Of a stretch of 64,000 nt of DNA, positions 15,123 to 28,110 are shown piece by piece. The notes beneath the pieces were generated by a model that had not been told where the DNA came from, ran no database searches, and saw only the letters and a list, made by a program, of their open reading frames with translations. This DNA is from Eledone cirrhosa. Its lineage: Eukaryota. The stretch's first letter is position 1; every line of letters begins with the position of its first letter. The stretch is taken from contig OZ024758.1 of assembly GCA_964016885.1 (NCBI GenBank), positions 21,700,001 to 21,764,000 of the forward strand, written 5' to 3'. Position numbers and translations under genes: made by a program.

Positions 15123-17160
15123 AATATGGTTTTATAAATATAGTTTCCATTTGTTTAATATCGTAGATATGCTCCAAAACTTGTTGAGTGCTTTATATCA
15201 GTTATAAAATATTTACTTGTTGTAACCCAACAATTTTAAATAAAACTTTTGCATATATATATATATATCGTTAGTGTGTGTATATTATGTTCATATTTGT
15301 ATATGCATGCGTATAGGGGATACGCGTGTGTATGTGTCTATATCTGTGTTTGTGTGTGTCTCAGTGTGTGATGTGTGTGTCTATATATATTATATATATA
15401 TTATATATATATATATATATAGCAATTATAGGAACTTATTATATGATTATAATTCTACATTGCAAATCCAATATTGTCATAGGCTAAATTTTATCTTGTC
15501 TAGCATCTTGAAATATTTGCAGAACACTCAATTGGAGATTTGTGCTCAAAATATCACTCTCTATCGCACAAATCTCTTTTCTTTAATATACCTACTTTTC
15601 TATTTCATAGAATAATCGCTCCTGGCTATATACATACATAATATAGAATATACTGCGTCATAGTATCAGAAATATTTTAGTTCTGAACAGCTGTTGACCT
15701 TCTACAAACATTAAAGTGGACTAATTGTGTAGCAACGTTGCTCTTATATTTGTAATAGTGGTGTTGTTGCTGTTGCTATACACGTGTCTGTGTTGGACTT
15801 CCGTCGCTCCGATGATGAGTGTGTCGATTGTTCGAACAAAAGAAAAGTTGTTTGTTCTAGAAATTAACGTGTAAGTGTAGTTTTTAATGTAGTTTTCAGG
15901 GAGATGTGAGTCAGCCTTAGACTGTTTGTGTGTGAAAAGGATAGTCCTTTGAATTCTAGATACTACTCCTTTTTTGCTCAGCCGTGTGGACTGCAGCAAC
16001 GTAAAATAAGGAGTTTTGTTCACGGTTACGTTAAGGGTACATGGCGACAGCGGGAATCGAAATCGTGACCGTGTAATCGAGAACCAGTATGTTGCATGCA
16101 TAGACCCGTGACTCCTGAAGAGTGCTATATTGACATACATCATTTCTAGACTAATGTTTTAAAACCTGGCAGAGCCCATCTCTTGTCTCCATGTCTAAAT
16201 ACAGCAAATTTCCTCCAGAGAAAGATAACTAGCGATAGAGAGAAATGAAGTGAGAAAGAGATACAAAAAAAAAAAGAATCGACCCTAGTATTTGACTGGT
16301 ATTTTTTTTATCGACCTCGAATGGATGAAAGACAAATTTGACTTCGGTGGGATTTAAACTCATAGGGTAGAGAGCTGACACCAATACCACAAAGCCGACG
16401 TTCAAACAACTCTGTCAATTTGCCGCCTTCATATTAATAACAGCATCGTTTAGTTTTTTGTTTACTCATTTATTAGCTGAACATCTGCCGATCTATGGTT
16501 TAGTCATTTATACAGAAGAGTGCATAGGAAAAATTTCCTGCAAGTGTGTTCTGTACTGGTTGGGCAGGGCTATGGTCAGAAATATTCAAGCTTTGACCAT
16601 TTCACATCTTTTCAGTCTCTATGCATCTGAATCATATTATCAAATGTAACCAATTTTAAGATGGTAAGGCATAGTTTGAAGAGCATTTGGCTGCTATTTT
16701 TAATATTAAATGACTGTATAGAGGCCCTACATTGCTGGCTCGTTTTCTGATAACGAAATATTACATTTGAAAGAAATAACTTTTAGCAATATTCTATTTA
16801 AAGATGGGTTCTATTCACTTATTTCAAAAGACAGGATGGGTCTTTATGAATGTATGAGTGGTAATGGATTTTGATGAGTTAAGGAATGTCTTTGGGTGGC
16901 TTTGTCTTAATGGGTTTGCTTGATTTCTTTAGTCTCTCCAAGAGGCTCAGTATTAATGGATATGCTAAATTTAAATCTTGATTTCTCAAATATACAACTA
17001 CACATTTGTATGTATGTATATGTATGTATATATATGTATATAGTTTTGTTTACTGGATTTAAGTCATATATTTTTCTGCTGTGTGTGAGTGGATGGTTTA
17101 AAATAAAATTACAAAAGAAACAAGAATTTGAGTAAATATTTTAATATACAATGATATATA

Positions 17161-17745
17161 ATTGTTTCTGCTTTTGGCGCAGTGCATTATTGGTACTTTA
17201 TTTTATCGACCCCGTAAGGATGAAAGGCAAAGTTAACCTTGGTGGGATTTGAACTGAGAATGGAAAGGGCCGTAACTCTATGCGTCAAAGCATGGCGTCC
17301 GACCCTCTACCGATACTGCCAATCCACCGAATGTACAGTGATATATAATTGTTTCTACTATTGCCACAAGGCCAGCAATTTCCCAGTGCATTACTGGTAC
17401 TTTATAATATCGACCCCGTAAGGATGAAAGGCAAAGTTAACCTTGGTGGGATTTGAACTGAGAATGGAAAGGGCCGTAACTCTATGCGTCAAAGCATGGC
17501 GTCCGACCCTCTACCGATACTGCCAATCCACCGAATGTACAGTGATATATAATTGTTTCTACTATTGCCACAAGGCCAGCAATTTCCCAGTGCATTACTG
17601 GTACTTTATAATATCGACCCCGTAAGGATGAAAGGCAAAGTTAACCTTGGTGGGATTTGAACTGAGAATGGAAAGGGCCGTAACTCTATGCGTCAAAGCA
17701 TGGCGTCCGACCCTCTACCGATACTGCCAATCCACCGCCCGTACA
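17161..17745 (-). mobile_element. Head-to-tail trimer of S1 SINE, 204-bp period
   Basis: Identical ORFs at 17239 and 17443 give the period; three near-identical copies. Confidence 0.9.
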
Positions 17746-17918
17746 GTGATATATAATGAAAACTAGAAGTGAAGGTAGGAAGAATTTAAAGAAAGACATA
17801 AATGAACAGGTAAAATGAAATAAATTTATGATGATATAAAGAAAGGGTGTATTTAATAAATACATATTGCGTATCATGTTGTAATATCAACGTAGCGATA
17901 GTGAGGAGGGTGCCTATG

Positions 17919-18441
17919 GGGGTGATGGTGGTGGTGGTGGTGGTGGTGGTGGTAGTGGTGGTGGTAGTGGTGATCATCATCATTTTGTTAATAAGGATGA
18001 TGAATGTTGGTGATGGTGGTGGTTTTGGCGATGGTGGTAGTAGTAGTATTGATGGTGATGGTGGTAGTATTGGTGATGGTAACAGTAGTAGTATTGGTGG
18101 TAGTATTAGTGTAGGTTATGGTGGTAGTATTGGAGATGGTAATAGTAGTAGTATTGGTGACAGTAGTAGTATATTGGTGATGGTAATGTTAGTAGTATTA
18201 ATAATTGTAATGGTAATGATAGTAGTATTGTTGATAGTAATGGTGATGGCTGTAGTATCAGTGGTAGTAATGGTAATAGTAGTAGTAGTGATAGTAATGG
18301 TAATTGTAGTAGTATTAGGGATAGTAATGGCAGTCGTAGTAGTATTAGTGATAATAATAATGGTGATGGTAGTAATAATATTAATGATAGTAATGTAGCT
18401 AATAGTAGTAGTAATAGTATTAGTGATAGTAATGTAGCTAA

Positions 18442-18477
<36 letters not shown>

Positions 18478-18885
18478 TAATGTAGGTAATAGTATGGTAG
18501 TAGTATCAGTAATAGTAATGATGGTAATAGTATGGTAGTAGTGATAGTAATGTTGGTGGAAGCTGTATTAGTGATAGTAATGTTGGTGATAGTATGGTAG
18601 TAGCATTAGTGATAGTAATGTTGGTGATAGTATGGTAGTAGCATTAGTGATAGTAATGTTGGTGATAGTATGGTAGTAGCATTAGTGATAGTAATGTTGG
18701 TGATAGTATGGTAGTAATATCAGTGATAGTAATGTGGGTAGTAGTAGCAGTTGTAGTAGTAGTAGTAGTATCAGTGGTAGTAATGATGGTAATAGTATAG
18801 TAGTAGTATCAGTGGTAGTAATGATGGTAATAGTATAGTAGTAGTATCAGTGATAGTAATGTTGGTGATGGCTGTATTATTAGTA
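17919..18885. repeat. (GGT/AGT/GAT) trinucleotide region with ~38-bp minisatellite
   Basis: agtgatagtaatgttggtgatagtatggtagtagcatt is repeated. Confidence 0.9.
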
Positions 18886-19344
18886 ATGGCTGCTATTGTT
18901 AATACTAGGCCGTAACGGACATAATACCTTTCAATACATCACCAGTGATAACCATACATAAAGCATAGTTTTGGGACAGCCATTGCCAAAATGCCTTTCT
19001 ATTTTGCACGCTAAATTACTTTCACAATATAGTCTCCTGTTTTTCCTCTATTTATTTTCGTTTGATAATTTCTTTCTATATTTATTCATAGTTTGTTTTG
19101 CTTTTTTTATTGTGGCAGAGACTTGGTTTTGTTTTGTTGTTTGTTTGCGGTATATTTTTGTTGTGTTATTTTTTGCCTTTTAATGATTTATTTTTGTGTG
19201 TGTTTTACTTATTTTTCTCTCGACCTGCCAACCCTTGCATTTTGAAGGTAGTTATGTATCAAGCGAGGAATGGACAGACTTTCAGTATAAAGAAAATTGC
19301 TTTTTTTGGTAATACCTCTTGGTCACGAGAAATTCTCATTTATA

Positions 19345-19790
19345 AAGAGTCAAAGAGATACAGCGGAAGATAGAGAGAGGAAGGGAGAGAGGGGAGGATA
19401 GAGAGAGGAAGATAGAAAGAGAAACAGGGGAAGAGAGAGAGAGTAAGAGGTGGTGGGATACAGAGAGAGACACAGAGAGAGGGAGAGAGAGGGAAGGGAG
19501 TTGTGAGAGACAGAGAAAGGAACAGAGGTGGTGAGATAGAGAAAGAGAGACTGAGAAAGAGGGGGGAGTTGTGAGATACAGAGAAAGACAGAGAGATAAA
19601 GCGAGAGAGAGTGAGAAAGAGTAAGTAATACACGGAAAAACAGAGAGAGAAACAGAGGAAGAAGTTATGACATACAGAGAAAGACAGAGAGAGAAACAGG
19701 AAGAGAAGAAGAGAGAGAGAAAGAAGTTATGAGAGACACAGAAAGTATAAAGAAAAATTTCGAGAGATCGAGAAGGGGAGAGAGATGAAA
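19345..19790. repeat. GA-rich low-complexity tract
   Basis: Direct reading. Confidence 0.9.
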
Positions 19791-19886
19791 TGCTAATAGA
19801 TAAGAATAAATAAAAAGACAAAATAGGGAAAGACAATCTATGTAGCTAGTTAGGCAGATAAATACACACACGAGCACATGATTATA

Positions 19887-19934
<48 letters not shown>

Positions 19935-21529
19935 CATACATAGGCACACATATATTTATATAGTGATAGTATAGAAACTGATAGATAGATATTTAAGGTA
20001 AAAGAGAGTGAGAGAGTGTCAAAGAACCAACAAAAAAATGGAATAAAATAGCAAGAATTTTCCACTCTCCATATCTCTTATCTCTTATCTCAGGAGAATA
20101 TGGTTCACAGGGACATTTGTTTTCCATATACAGACACTGAAAGACATACATTTACACACAATTACATACATGCGTATAATAGGACATAAGCAGCAATGCA
20201 TACATACACACCCATTAACATACACGCATCTAAATACATTAACATCAATACGATTTGTCGTGGTTTGAAATAATTTTGCTATGTTTGAAGCATTTAAGCA
20301 AACTTAGGTTACAGACAAACAGCTTTTTTTTTTATCCTTCTTCAATATTTCAGACATTATTTATCAGAGATCGAGTAGTTTGGAATGGTATAGTAAATAT
20401 TCTATTTCTCGGTAGAGTAAACGCGAGTTCGTGTCCCAGGTGAGGTTTATTCTTGTTGAAGAGGTTTTTCGAGTATTTGTACGCAGTCGTAACATACATA
20501 GTTTACAAACATACTTGTATAAACACTGCTACATTTGAACGGTATTAACAGATATTAATGACGGGAAAATAGCTCTACATTTGATGTTACATCTTCTAAA
20601 ATAAATAGAACTACTACTACTACTACTACTAGTACTTCTAATAATAATAATAATAATAATAACAACAACACTGCTACCACTACTATCAATAGAGAGAGAA
20701 AATCAATTTGCAGCTTTTAACTTTTTTTGTCATTGGTGATAACTTGTCTATTTGTATGAGTTGGCCAGTATGTTCTAAATTACTGATACATTATTTGTTC
20801 CATGTCTGGCTTTGGGAGGGGGGAGGTTATATTATTCCAGTTGGTTAGCTGTTGCTTGTTTTTTTGGGGGGTGGGGGGTTGTAGTTGCATATCGTTCAGT
20901 GTAGGTATTGAAGTGGTAGAAACAAAAAATCCGAATTGTAATTAGGATGAGAGAAAAGTGGAACCCAGTAAGAATTCCTCAACATTTTACTATCCACAAT
21001 ATATATGATCCTGCTATAAGGAAAGATCTTAAGTATCTTTCATCCAGAAGAAATTGGAGGTGTTTCGAGACCAGATTTTTCCAGTGCTTTACAGAAATAC
21101 TTAGGTATGCTACAGTATAGGAAATGATTTGATGAGATTGGTTCTGATGTCCAAATACTCCTCTTTACAAAAGTCTATGCACGGAGTATATTACTAGATG
21201 GAGACCTATCTGTTGAATAGCGAAAGCTAGCACTTGTTTATTACAAGAACATTACATATATATGTGTATATATATAAGCAAATATAGCTCCAAGAAAAAC
21301 ATAAACGTCGGCGAGAAAAGAAAATAGGAATTTATTTGTTTTAACATATGTTTCTCTGTCTATTTAATTGTCTACATATGCTGACTATAATATATATATT
21401 GTTCAATGATATACAATACTTAATTATTTAACACATTTCATCAGAAGTGACTATTTACTACGCGGTAGAATTCAGCAATGGAATTTTTTCGTTTAAGAAA
21501 ATGTAAGTTAAAATGACAATAAAAATAGA

Positions 21530-21566
<37 letters not shown>

Positions 21567-21666
21567 TTTTGAGTTCATGCTGGTTGTATACCAACACCTC
21601 AGTATGCAGGCTGGAGCACTCGACGAAGTGCGCAGGTTGGTTTGGTTACTCCGGGGTAGTGTAAAA

Positions 21667-21799
21667 TAAAGTTAAATAAAAGTCAAATGATTAAAATTTA
21701 GCTTCGTTTATTACTGCTATATATATTTCAGTGACTGAAATATATATAGCAGTAATAAACGAAGCTAAATTTTAATCATTTGACTTTTATTTAACTTTA
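21667..21799. repeat. Perfect 133-bp palindrome containing two hammerhead 3' halves
   Basis: 66-bp arms centred on 21733 (tttcagtGactgaaa). Each strand reads GAAA-tatata-TA-gcagt. Confidence 0.85.
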
Positions 21800-22361
21800 A
21801 TTTATATATATATATATATATATATCGCGCGCTCTGCTGAATACCTCAGATATTCAAAACAACGAACAGCGGAGGCCACGTTTCGCACCTTTCCGACAGA
21901 CAACCTTAACGGAAAAAAACCCCACTTGATGAATGTGATCCGAAATATATAGGGACAATTAAATCTCTCCCAAGGTAACTCTATTTCGTGTTTTTATTTT
22001 TATCCTTTACGCTCTTTCTTTCATTCCTCTACACGCTACAGTCTTATACAGGCCACGCATCTCAACGTACATTTACTTACATCTCTCTCTCCACCACCGG
22101 ATCTTGTTACCCGGAGATTTACCCATCTGCATTGTCGAGGCTTCCAAACGACTTAAAGAAATTTACCTTATTATTCCACAATGCTTCAAGCAAACTTCAA
22201 TACTCTCATATATATATATATATATATTTATTTATATATATATATATAGTAATAATAATAAATGGGAAGACTAAAATCCAAAGAGGGCTCGATAAGGATA
22301 AATATATATATATATATTTATGATATTAAATAAATGGAAACTATATTTATAAAACCATATT

Positions 22362-22427
22362 TATTTCGTTATATATATTTCAGGGATATCATATTAACAA
22401 TATGTTATGCCTTCTTCAGACAAAATA
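22362..22427 (-). ncRNA. Minimal hammerhead motif, family F2, with inverted partial copy 22468-22640
   Basis: Minus strand: tattttgt-CTGAAGA-aggcataacatatt..aatatgatatccct-GAAA-tatata-TA-acgaaata. Confidence 0.8.
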
Positions 22428-22911
22428 CAATATAAACAGTCTTATAAATAAATAGATACGACATACCTGTTAATATGATATCCCTGAAATATATATAACG
22501 AAATAAATATGGTTTTATAAATATAGTTTCCATTTATTTAATATCATAAATATACTCCAAATACTTGTTGAGTGCTTTTATATCAGTTATAAATATTTAC
22601 TCGTTGTTAACCCAACAATTTAAATATAACTTTCCATATATATATATTTATATATATATATATATATTTATTAAAATAACAGATTAAAGTTTAATCTGTT
22701 ATTTTAATAAATATTTGCTCTACGGTTCTTATATATCTGATATATATTTATCCTTATCGAGCCCTCTTTGGATTTTAGTCTTCAAATTTATTATTATTAC
22801 TATATATATATATAGTATTCAAAACAAGATATTTTTGCCAGCAATGAACCTTGGTGTGGATTTAACCCCCAAAACTCTTTCCGAGCAATATAAGGAACAC
22901 TTGTGATTATT

Positions 22912-22956
22912 TATGCCCTTGAGAAGCCCAACTGGGCGAAACGTACGTAGGTGATA
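22912..22956 (+). ncRNA. Hammerhead motif, U3-A8 core variant
   Basis: tatgccc-TTGAGAA-gcccaactgggc-GAAA-cgtacg-TA-ggtgata. Stem I is imperfect. Confidence 0.55.
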
Positions 22957-23764
22957 TTTTAAATAAACATGTTTTAACGGTCTATTCTCCGATTTTTTTA
23001 CTTTCCCACGTATATATATATATATACGCGCGTGTGTGTGTAACTTTTGTCATTTCGTATGGATGTATGATATCGAAAAAGTTAGTGTATTTAGAATGAA
23101 TTTCTTTCACATATTTTGTTCTGATCGAGTTAAAGTTTTACCTTTTTTATAAATGCAGTGAACCAACAATTGGTCTGAAGATCTGTAACTGCCATCTGTA
23201 ACTGATCTTCACAAATTACAATATTCTTTTTTTTATGAAATAAAAGTGTTTGATGTTTTTCTAATCAAATAAGTTTGATCCTTTCATCTTGAATTGTGCG
23301 GAAGTAGAAACAGTAATGGGTTGTTTCAGCTGTTGTTGCACTTATGATAGTGAGGTTTATAACTGATATCGTGGAAAAACTGTTTGATCGGAGTTATCCA
23401 ATGTCATTGCCGTTCATTTTTTTAATATGCGAATTCTCAACTGAATGCCTTTAATTATATTTCTGATAAGCCATATAATTACCAACTTTATTTTAATGGA
23501 AGTTCATGAAAGCTAATCTGAACTAAACACGAACTTGGACTTGCTAAATATCAGATTTTCCCCTCAGCAATTACGTTAATTTTACGAAATTAATTCTTAA
23601 TTTCTTAAAATTATCTCCACTTTTCCTTGGGAGAAGTTAGTACAGTTTTTCTTTCTCTATCTCAGGGGGGAAATTTCAATTAACTGCTAATTTTTTGCGT
23701 ACGTTATTCAGTACAACTCATCTTAACTTAACTATTAATATTAATAATATATCCTAGGTCGGTT

Positions 23765-24040
23765 TCGATGGTGAGCATCTAGTGGTTCGATCAGTGGAAC
23801 GTCCAACTCGGGAATTAACATGTAAGGAGTGGATAAATCGAATCCAGACACGTGTACCCGTTTAACATGATTCCCAACTCGAACCAGCGTAACGCAAGGT
23901 GTGATAATAATGGACCATTATCGTGAATTAACATATAAGTGGTTGAGTAATCCAATCCACAGACACGTGTGCCCATAACGTAATTTCCAGGCCGAACCAG
24001 CGTATCAAAAGATGTGATAAGATGAACCATTAAATTAATG
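23765..24040 (+). mobile_element. Decayed interspersed repeat (SINE/LINE tail-like) with internal ~118-bp duplication
   Basis: gaattaacat...cagacacgtgt.ccc...cgaaccagcgta...gtgtgataa occurs twice. Confidence 0.55.
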
Positions 24041-24414
24041 ATACAATTTATCCGACGAGATTCCAAATTTCCAGCTAACAAATTTCATTCACAAATCTTA
24101 GAGCGACCCAAAGATATGGTGAAGATTCTTGTCTAAGGATCTAGAAACACGTCATTGAGAAGCAAACATCTAAAACTAATTATATTTTCTCCCCAAACTA
24201 CCAAAACACTCATCTATTTGGATATACGCTACAATTTATGTACATGTTATGTTTATACATATCGAAGTTTTCTGGCCATTTTAGAATGCTAAGAGCTAAA
24301 CTAATCGCTACAAACAAATTGATCCCCAGCCAATTCAAAAATGCTTCCACCGCACCTGTATATATATATATATAAAATTACACAATTATCAAAGTTATGT
24401 TCAACTCATTTAAT

Positions 24415-24461
24415 TGCTGACAATCGTTTCTTCCAAACTTTCGTTTGGAGTCATCGGAGCA
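24415..24461 (-). ncRNA. Hammerhead motif, CCGAUGA core variant (family F4)
   Basis: Minus strand: tgct-CCGATGA-ctccaaac-gaaa-gtttggaa-GAAA-cgattg-TC-agca. Confidence 0.7.
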
Positions 24462-25057
24462 TTAGCAATGTTTGTACATATAATTAACCTCCTATTCAAC
24501 TGAACAATCATATAGATACATATATATTGATATTGTGAACAACAGTTTCGTATTTACAGGGTGTAATGGATGTGACATAAATTATACGAGAATTGTACAA
24601 AAATTCAAATTAAAATTAAAAGCTCAGAGTGGAATACATGCGACAGATAATAAAATAGAATAGTCTAATAATTAAAGAGACATTGAGAAAGAATGAGGAC
24701 ACTAGCAGTACATATGCAAGCATGTAGAAAGTGCACATGCGTTAGTCATATATATGATAAGGAAGCAAGCAAAGGTATTAGGCATATATAAATAAATAAA
24801 TACTGTATGGCAAATGTGTTAGTGTATTAAAAATTATGGTGGATGTAATGTGATGATAGTTACTGTAGTGTACAAATGTGTATGTGTTGAGAATATCAAA
24901 ATTATTGTTATCTTTTATTTATATATATATATATATATAATATATATATATAATGGCTTGTACGGGACTAGAACTGTTTTATTCGGGAGAAATATATATA
25001 TATTACATATATATGTGTGTGAGGGGGGGTGCGTGTTCGTGTGTGTATATATATATA

Positions 25058-25089
<32 letters not shown>

Positions 25090-25135
25090 GCAGTAAATAA
25101 AGGATTATGAGTTCATGCAATTGACTTATGTTTCG

Positions 25136-25170
<35 letters not shown>

Positions 25171-25172
<2 letters not shown>

Positions 25173-25362
25173 CGAAGGAAATGTGGTAAGGAACCAGGTG
25201 GAACATAACGCACCAAAGTACTCAATACTTAGGGTAGTAGAGTGGGTAATAGGAACGAGTAGGACCCCGACGGCTGAGCTCAAGCCGTTTCGACGGCTAA
25301 TTCTGGACTGAATTAGCCGTCGAAACGGCTTGAGCTCAGCCCTCGGGGTCCTACTCGTTCCT
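25171..25362 (-). mobile_element. F1 fold-back element
   Basis: Inverted arms, left extension, (TA)n flanks. Confidence 0.8.
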
Positions 25363-25668
25363 ATATATATATATATATATATATATGGGGGGAATCTGAT
25401 TTACTCAGACCTGAAAAGGGGTGGGTTTTACCATGTTTAAATGACGTCATTGCCATGATGTCTTATCAGGAGTTTAAGATCTTTAATCAGGGTCTTCAAT
25501 AACTAACAGTTAGAACTTGGAACATGAGAAATCTAATGTCGTTATGTTTACAATATAATCTATGAAGTTTTGAAAAACGAAATAAACTTTCTATCACAAT
25601 AAACTTTCAGCAATGTGTTCATATAAATGTAAATATCTCTTTCCTAACTTTCTCTATCTCTCTCTCTC

Positions 25669-25701
<33 letters not shown>

Positions 25702-25781
25702 GTGCGTTTATGTATACTTATATATATAGAGAGAGACCATATATACATACCTGTATATATTTATATGGGTATATGTGGGTT

Positions 25782-25817
<36 letters not shown>

Positions 25818-25842
25818 AAGAAAAACGATGAAATTTCGTTCA

Positions 25843-25924
<82 letters not shown>

Positions 25925-25955
25925 ATAGTGTGAACGAAATTTCATCGTTTTTCTT

Positions 25956-26005
<50 letters not shown>

Positions 26006-26054
26006 TATATACACATATATATATATGTATATACACATATATATATATATATAT

Positions 26055-26100
<46 letters not shown>

Positions 26101-26534
26101 TGTGTATGTGTAGTGGGGAGGCGGGGATATAAGCATCTATATATATTGAACAACAGTGTACGTAAGGTATATAGACATATATACTTATGACAAGCGATCA
26201 AACGGAGAATTTACAATTGTTAAACAACCTTTAATTTAATCTCTAAAAGAATTGTTTTTAGCTTGTTTATTTGTTAGGTTTTTTATGTTTGTTAGTAAGT
26301 TGTTGTTTTTTTAATAGCAGGGGGTTATAAACCTGAGGAATTCCTAATTACACTTTGAACGTGGAACATCAAAGCTTTGGATCAAACAATATACATGTTC
26401 TTGATAAAATAGTAAAGTGAGATAGCGACTTTATTATCGGTGACAGTGACGTCACCAATAACTATGTTAATATCACCTTAAACAAACTCACTCTAGTTAT
26501 AATTGTTGTACTTGTTGGACCGACGTCAATTTTG

Positions 26535-27200
26535 ACGATGATGGCGATGCCGATGGTGATGATGATGACGTAGGCGATGATGATGATGATGATGACGATG
26601 GCGATGGCGCTGTTGATGATCATGATGATGGTGATGATGATGGTGATGATGGCGATGGTGATGACGGTGACGGCGATGGCGATGGTGATGGTGATGGCGA
26701 TGGCGATGATGATGATGACGTTGGTGATGACGATGATGATGACGTTGGTGATGACGATGGTGATGGCGATGGTGATGGCGATGATGATGACGTTGGTGAT
26801 GACGATGGTGATGACGATGGTGATGGCGATGATGATGACGTTGGTGATGACGATGGTGATGACGATGGTGATGGCGATGATGATGACGTTGGTGATGACG
26901 ATGGTGATGACGATGACGATGGTGACGATGGCGATGGCTGGCGATGGCGATGACGAGGACGATGGCGATGATGATGACGTTGGTGATGACGATCGCGATG
27001 GTGATGACGATGACGATGGTGACGATGGCGATGGCTGGCGATGGCTGGCGATGACGATGGCGATGATGAGGACAATGACGACGGCGACGACGAAGAAGAT
27101 GATGACGATTCCGATGACGACGATGGGGCGCCGTTGACGATGATGACAATGATGACGACAACGTCGACGACCATGGCGATGATTCCGAAGACGACGACGA
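26535..27200. repeat. (GAT/GAC/GGC) trinucleotide-derived repeat
   Basis: Direct reading; source of the poly-His/Ser/Met ORFs. Confidence 0.92.
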
Positions 27201-27231
27201 CAACATAAACAAAACACGCTATTAAAGAGAC

Positions 27232-27665
27232 TAAGGGTGGGTGAATTGGCAGTAATTGGTAGAGCGTCGTACAACATGCTTGCTTTGTGGTATTGAGTTA
27301 TGGTCTTTTATTTTCTGAGCTCAAATCCTGCCGGGGTTAGCAGCGCCTTTCATCCTTACGAGGTCGATAAAATAAAGTACCAGTACTACACTGGGGTTGA
27401 TTTTATCGACTTTCCCCTCCCCAAAAATTGTTTATCTTGTGCCTAAATCAGAAACCATTATTAACATATACGTAAAAGGGCGGTGAATTGGCAGTATCGG
27501 TAGAGGGTTGGACGCCATGCTTTCTAGCATAGTTACGTCCCTTTACAGTCTGAGTTCAAATCCCGCCGAGGTTAACTTTGCCTTTCGTCCTTACGGGGTC
27601 GATAAAATAAAGTACCAGTAATGTACTGGGTAATTGCTGGCCTTGTGCCTAAAGTAGAACCAATA
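27232..27665 (+). mobile_element. Two tandem S1 SINEs
   Basis: A-box-like tggcagtatcgg, B-box gagttcaaatc, conserved body. Confidence 0.88.
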
Positions 27666-27669
27666 TTTA

Positions 27670-28110
27670 ACATATACGTAAAGCGGTGAACGACATGTTT
27701 TGTGGCATATAATTACCCCCCTTTACAGTCTGAGGTGTGCCTTAATGTATACGTAGAGCGGTGAACGACATGTTTTGTGGCATATAATTACCTCCCTTTA
27801 CAGTCTCAGGTGTGCCTTAATGTATACGTAGAGCGGTGAACGACGTTTTGTGGCATATAATTACCTCCCTTTACAGTCTGAGGTGTGTCTTAATGTATAC
27901 GTAGAGCGGTGAACGACATTTTGTGGCATATAATTACCTCCCTTTACAGTCTGAGGTGTGCCTTAATGTATACGTAGAGCGGTGAACGACGTTTTGTGGC
28001 ATATAATTACCTCCCTTTACAGTCTGAGGTGTGTCTTAATGTATACGTAGAGCGGTGAACGTCATGTTTTGTGGCATATAATTACCTCCCTTTATATTCT
28101 GAGCTGTGCT
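27670..28110 (+). repeat. SINE-derived minisatellite, 73-75 bp x ~6
   Basis: agcggtgaa recurs at ~27682, 27757, 27832, 27905, 27978 and 28051. Confidence 0.9.

Noticed and set aside
26462-27277. His-, Ser- and Met-rich ORFs
   Set aside because: Trinucleotide repeat open in several frames on both strands; no domain or splice evidence.
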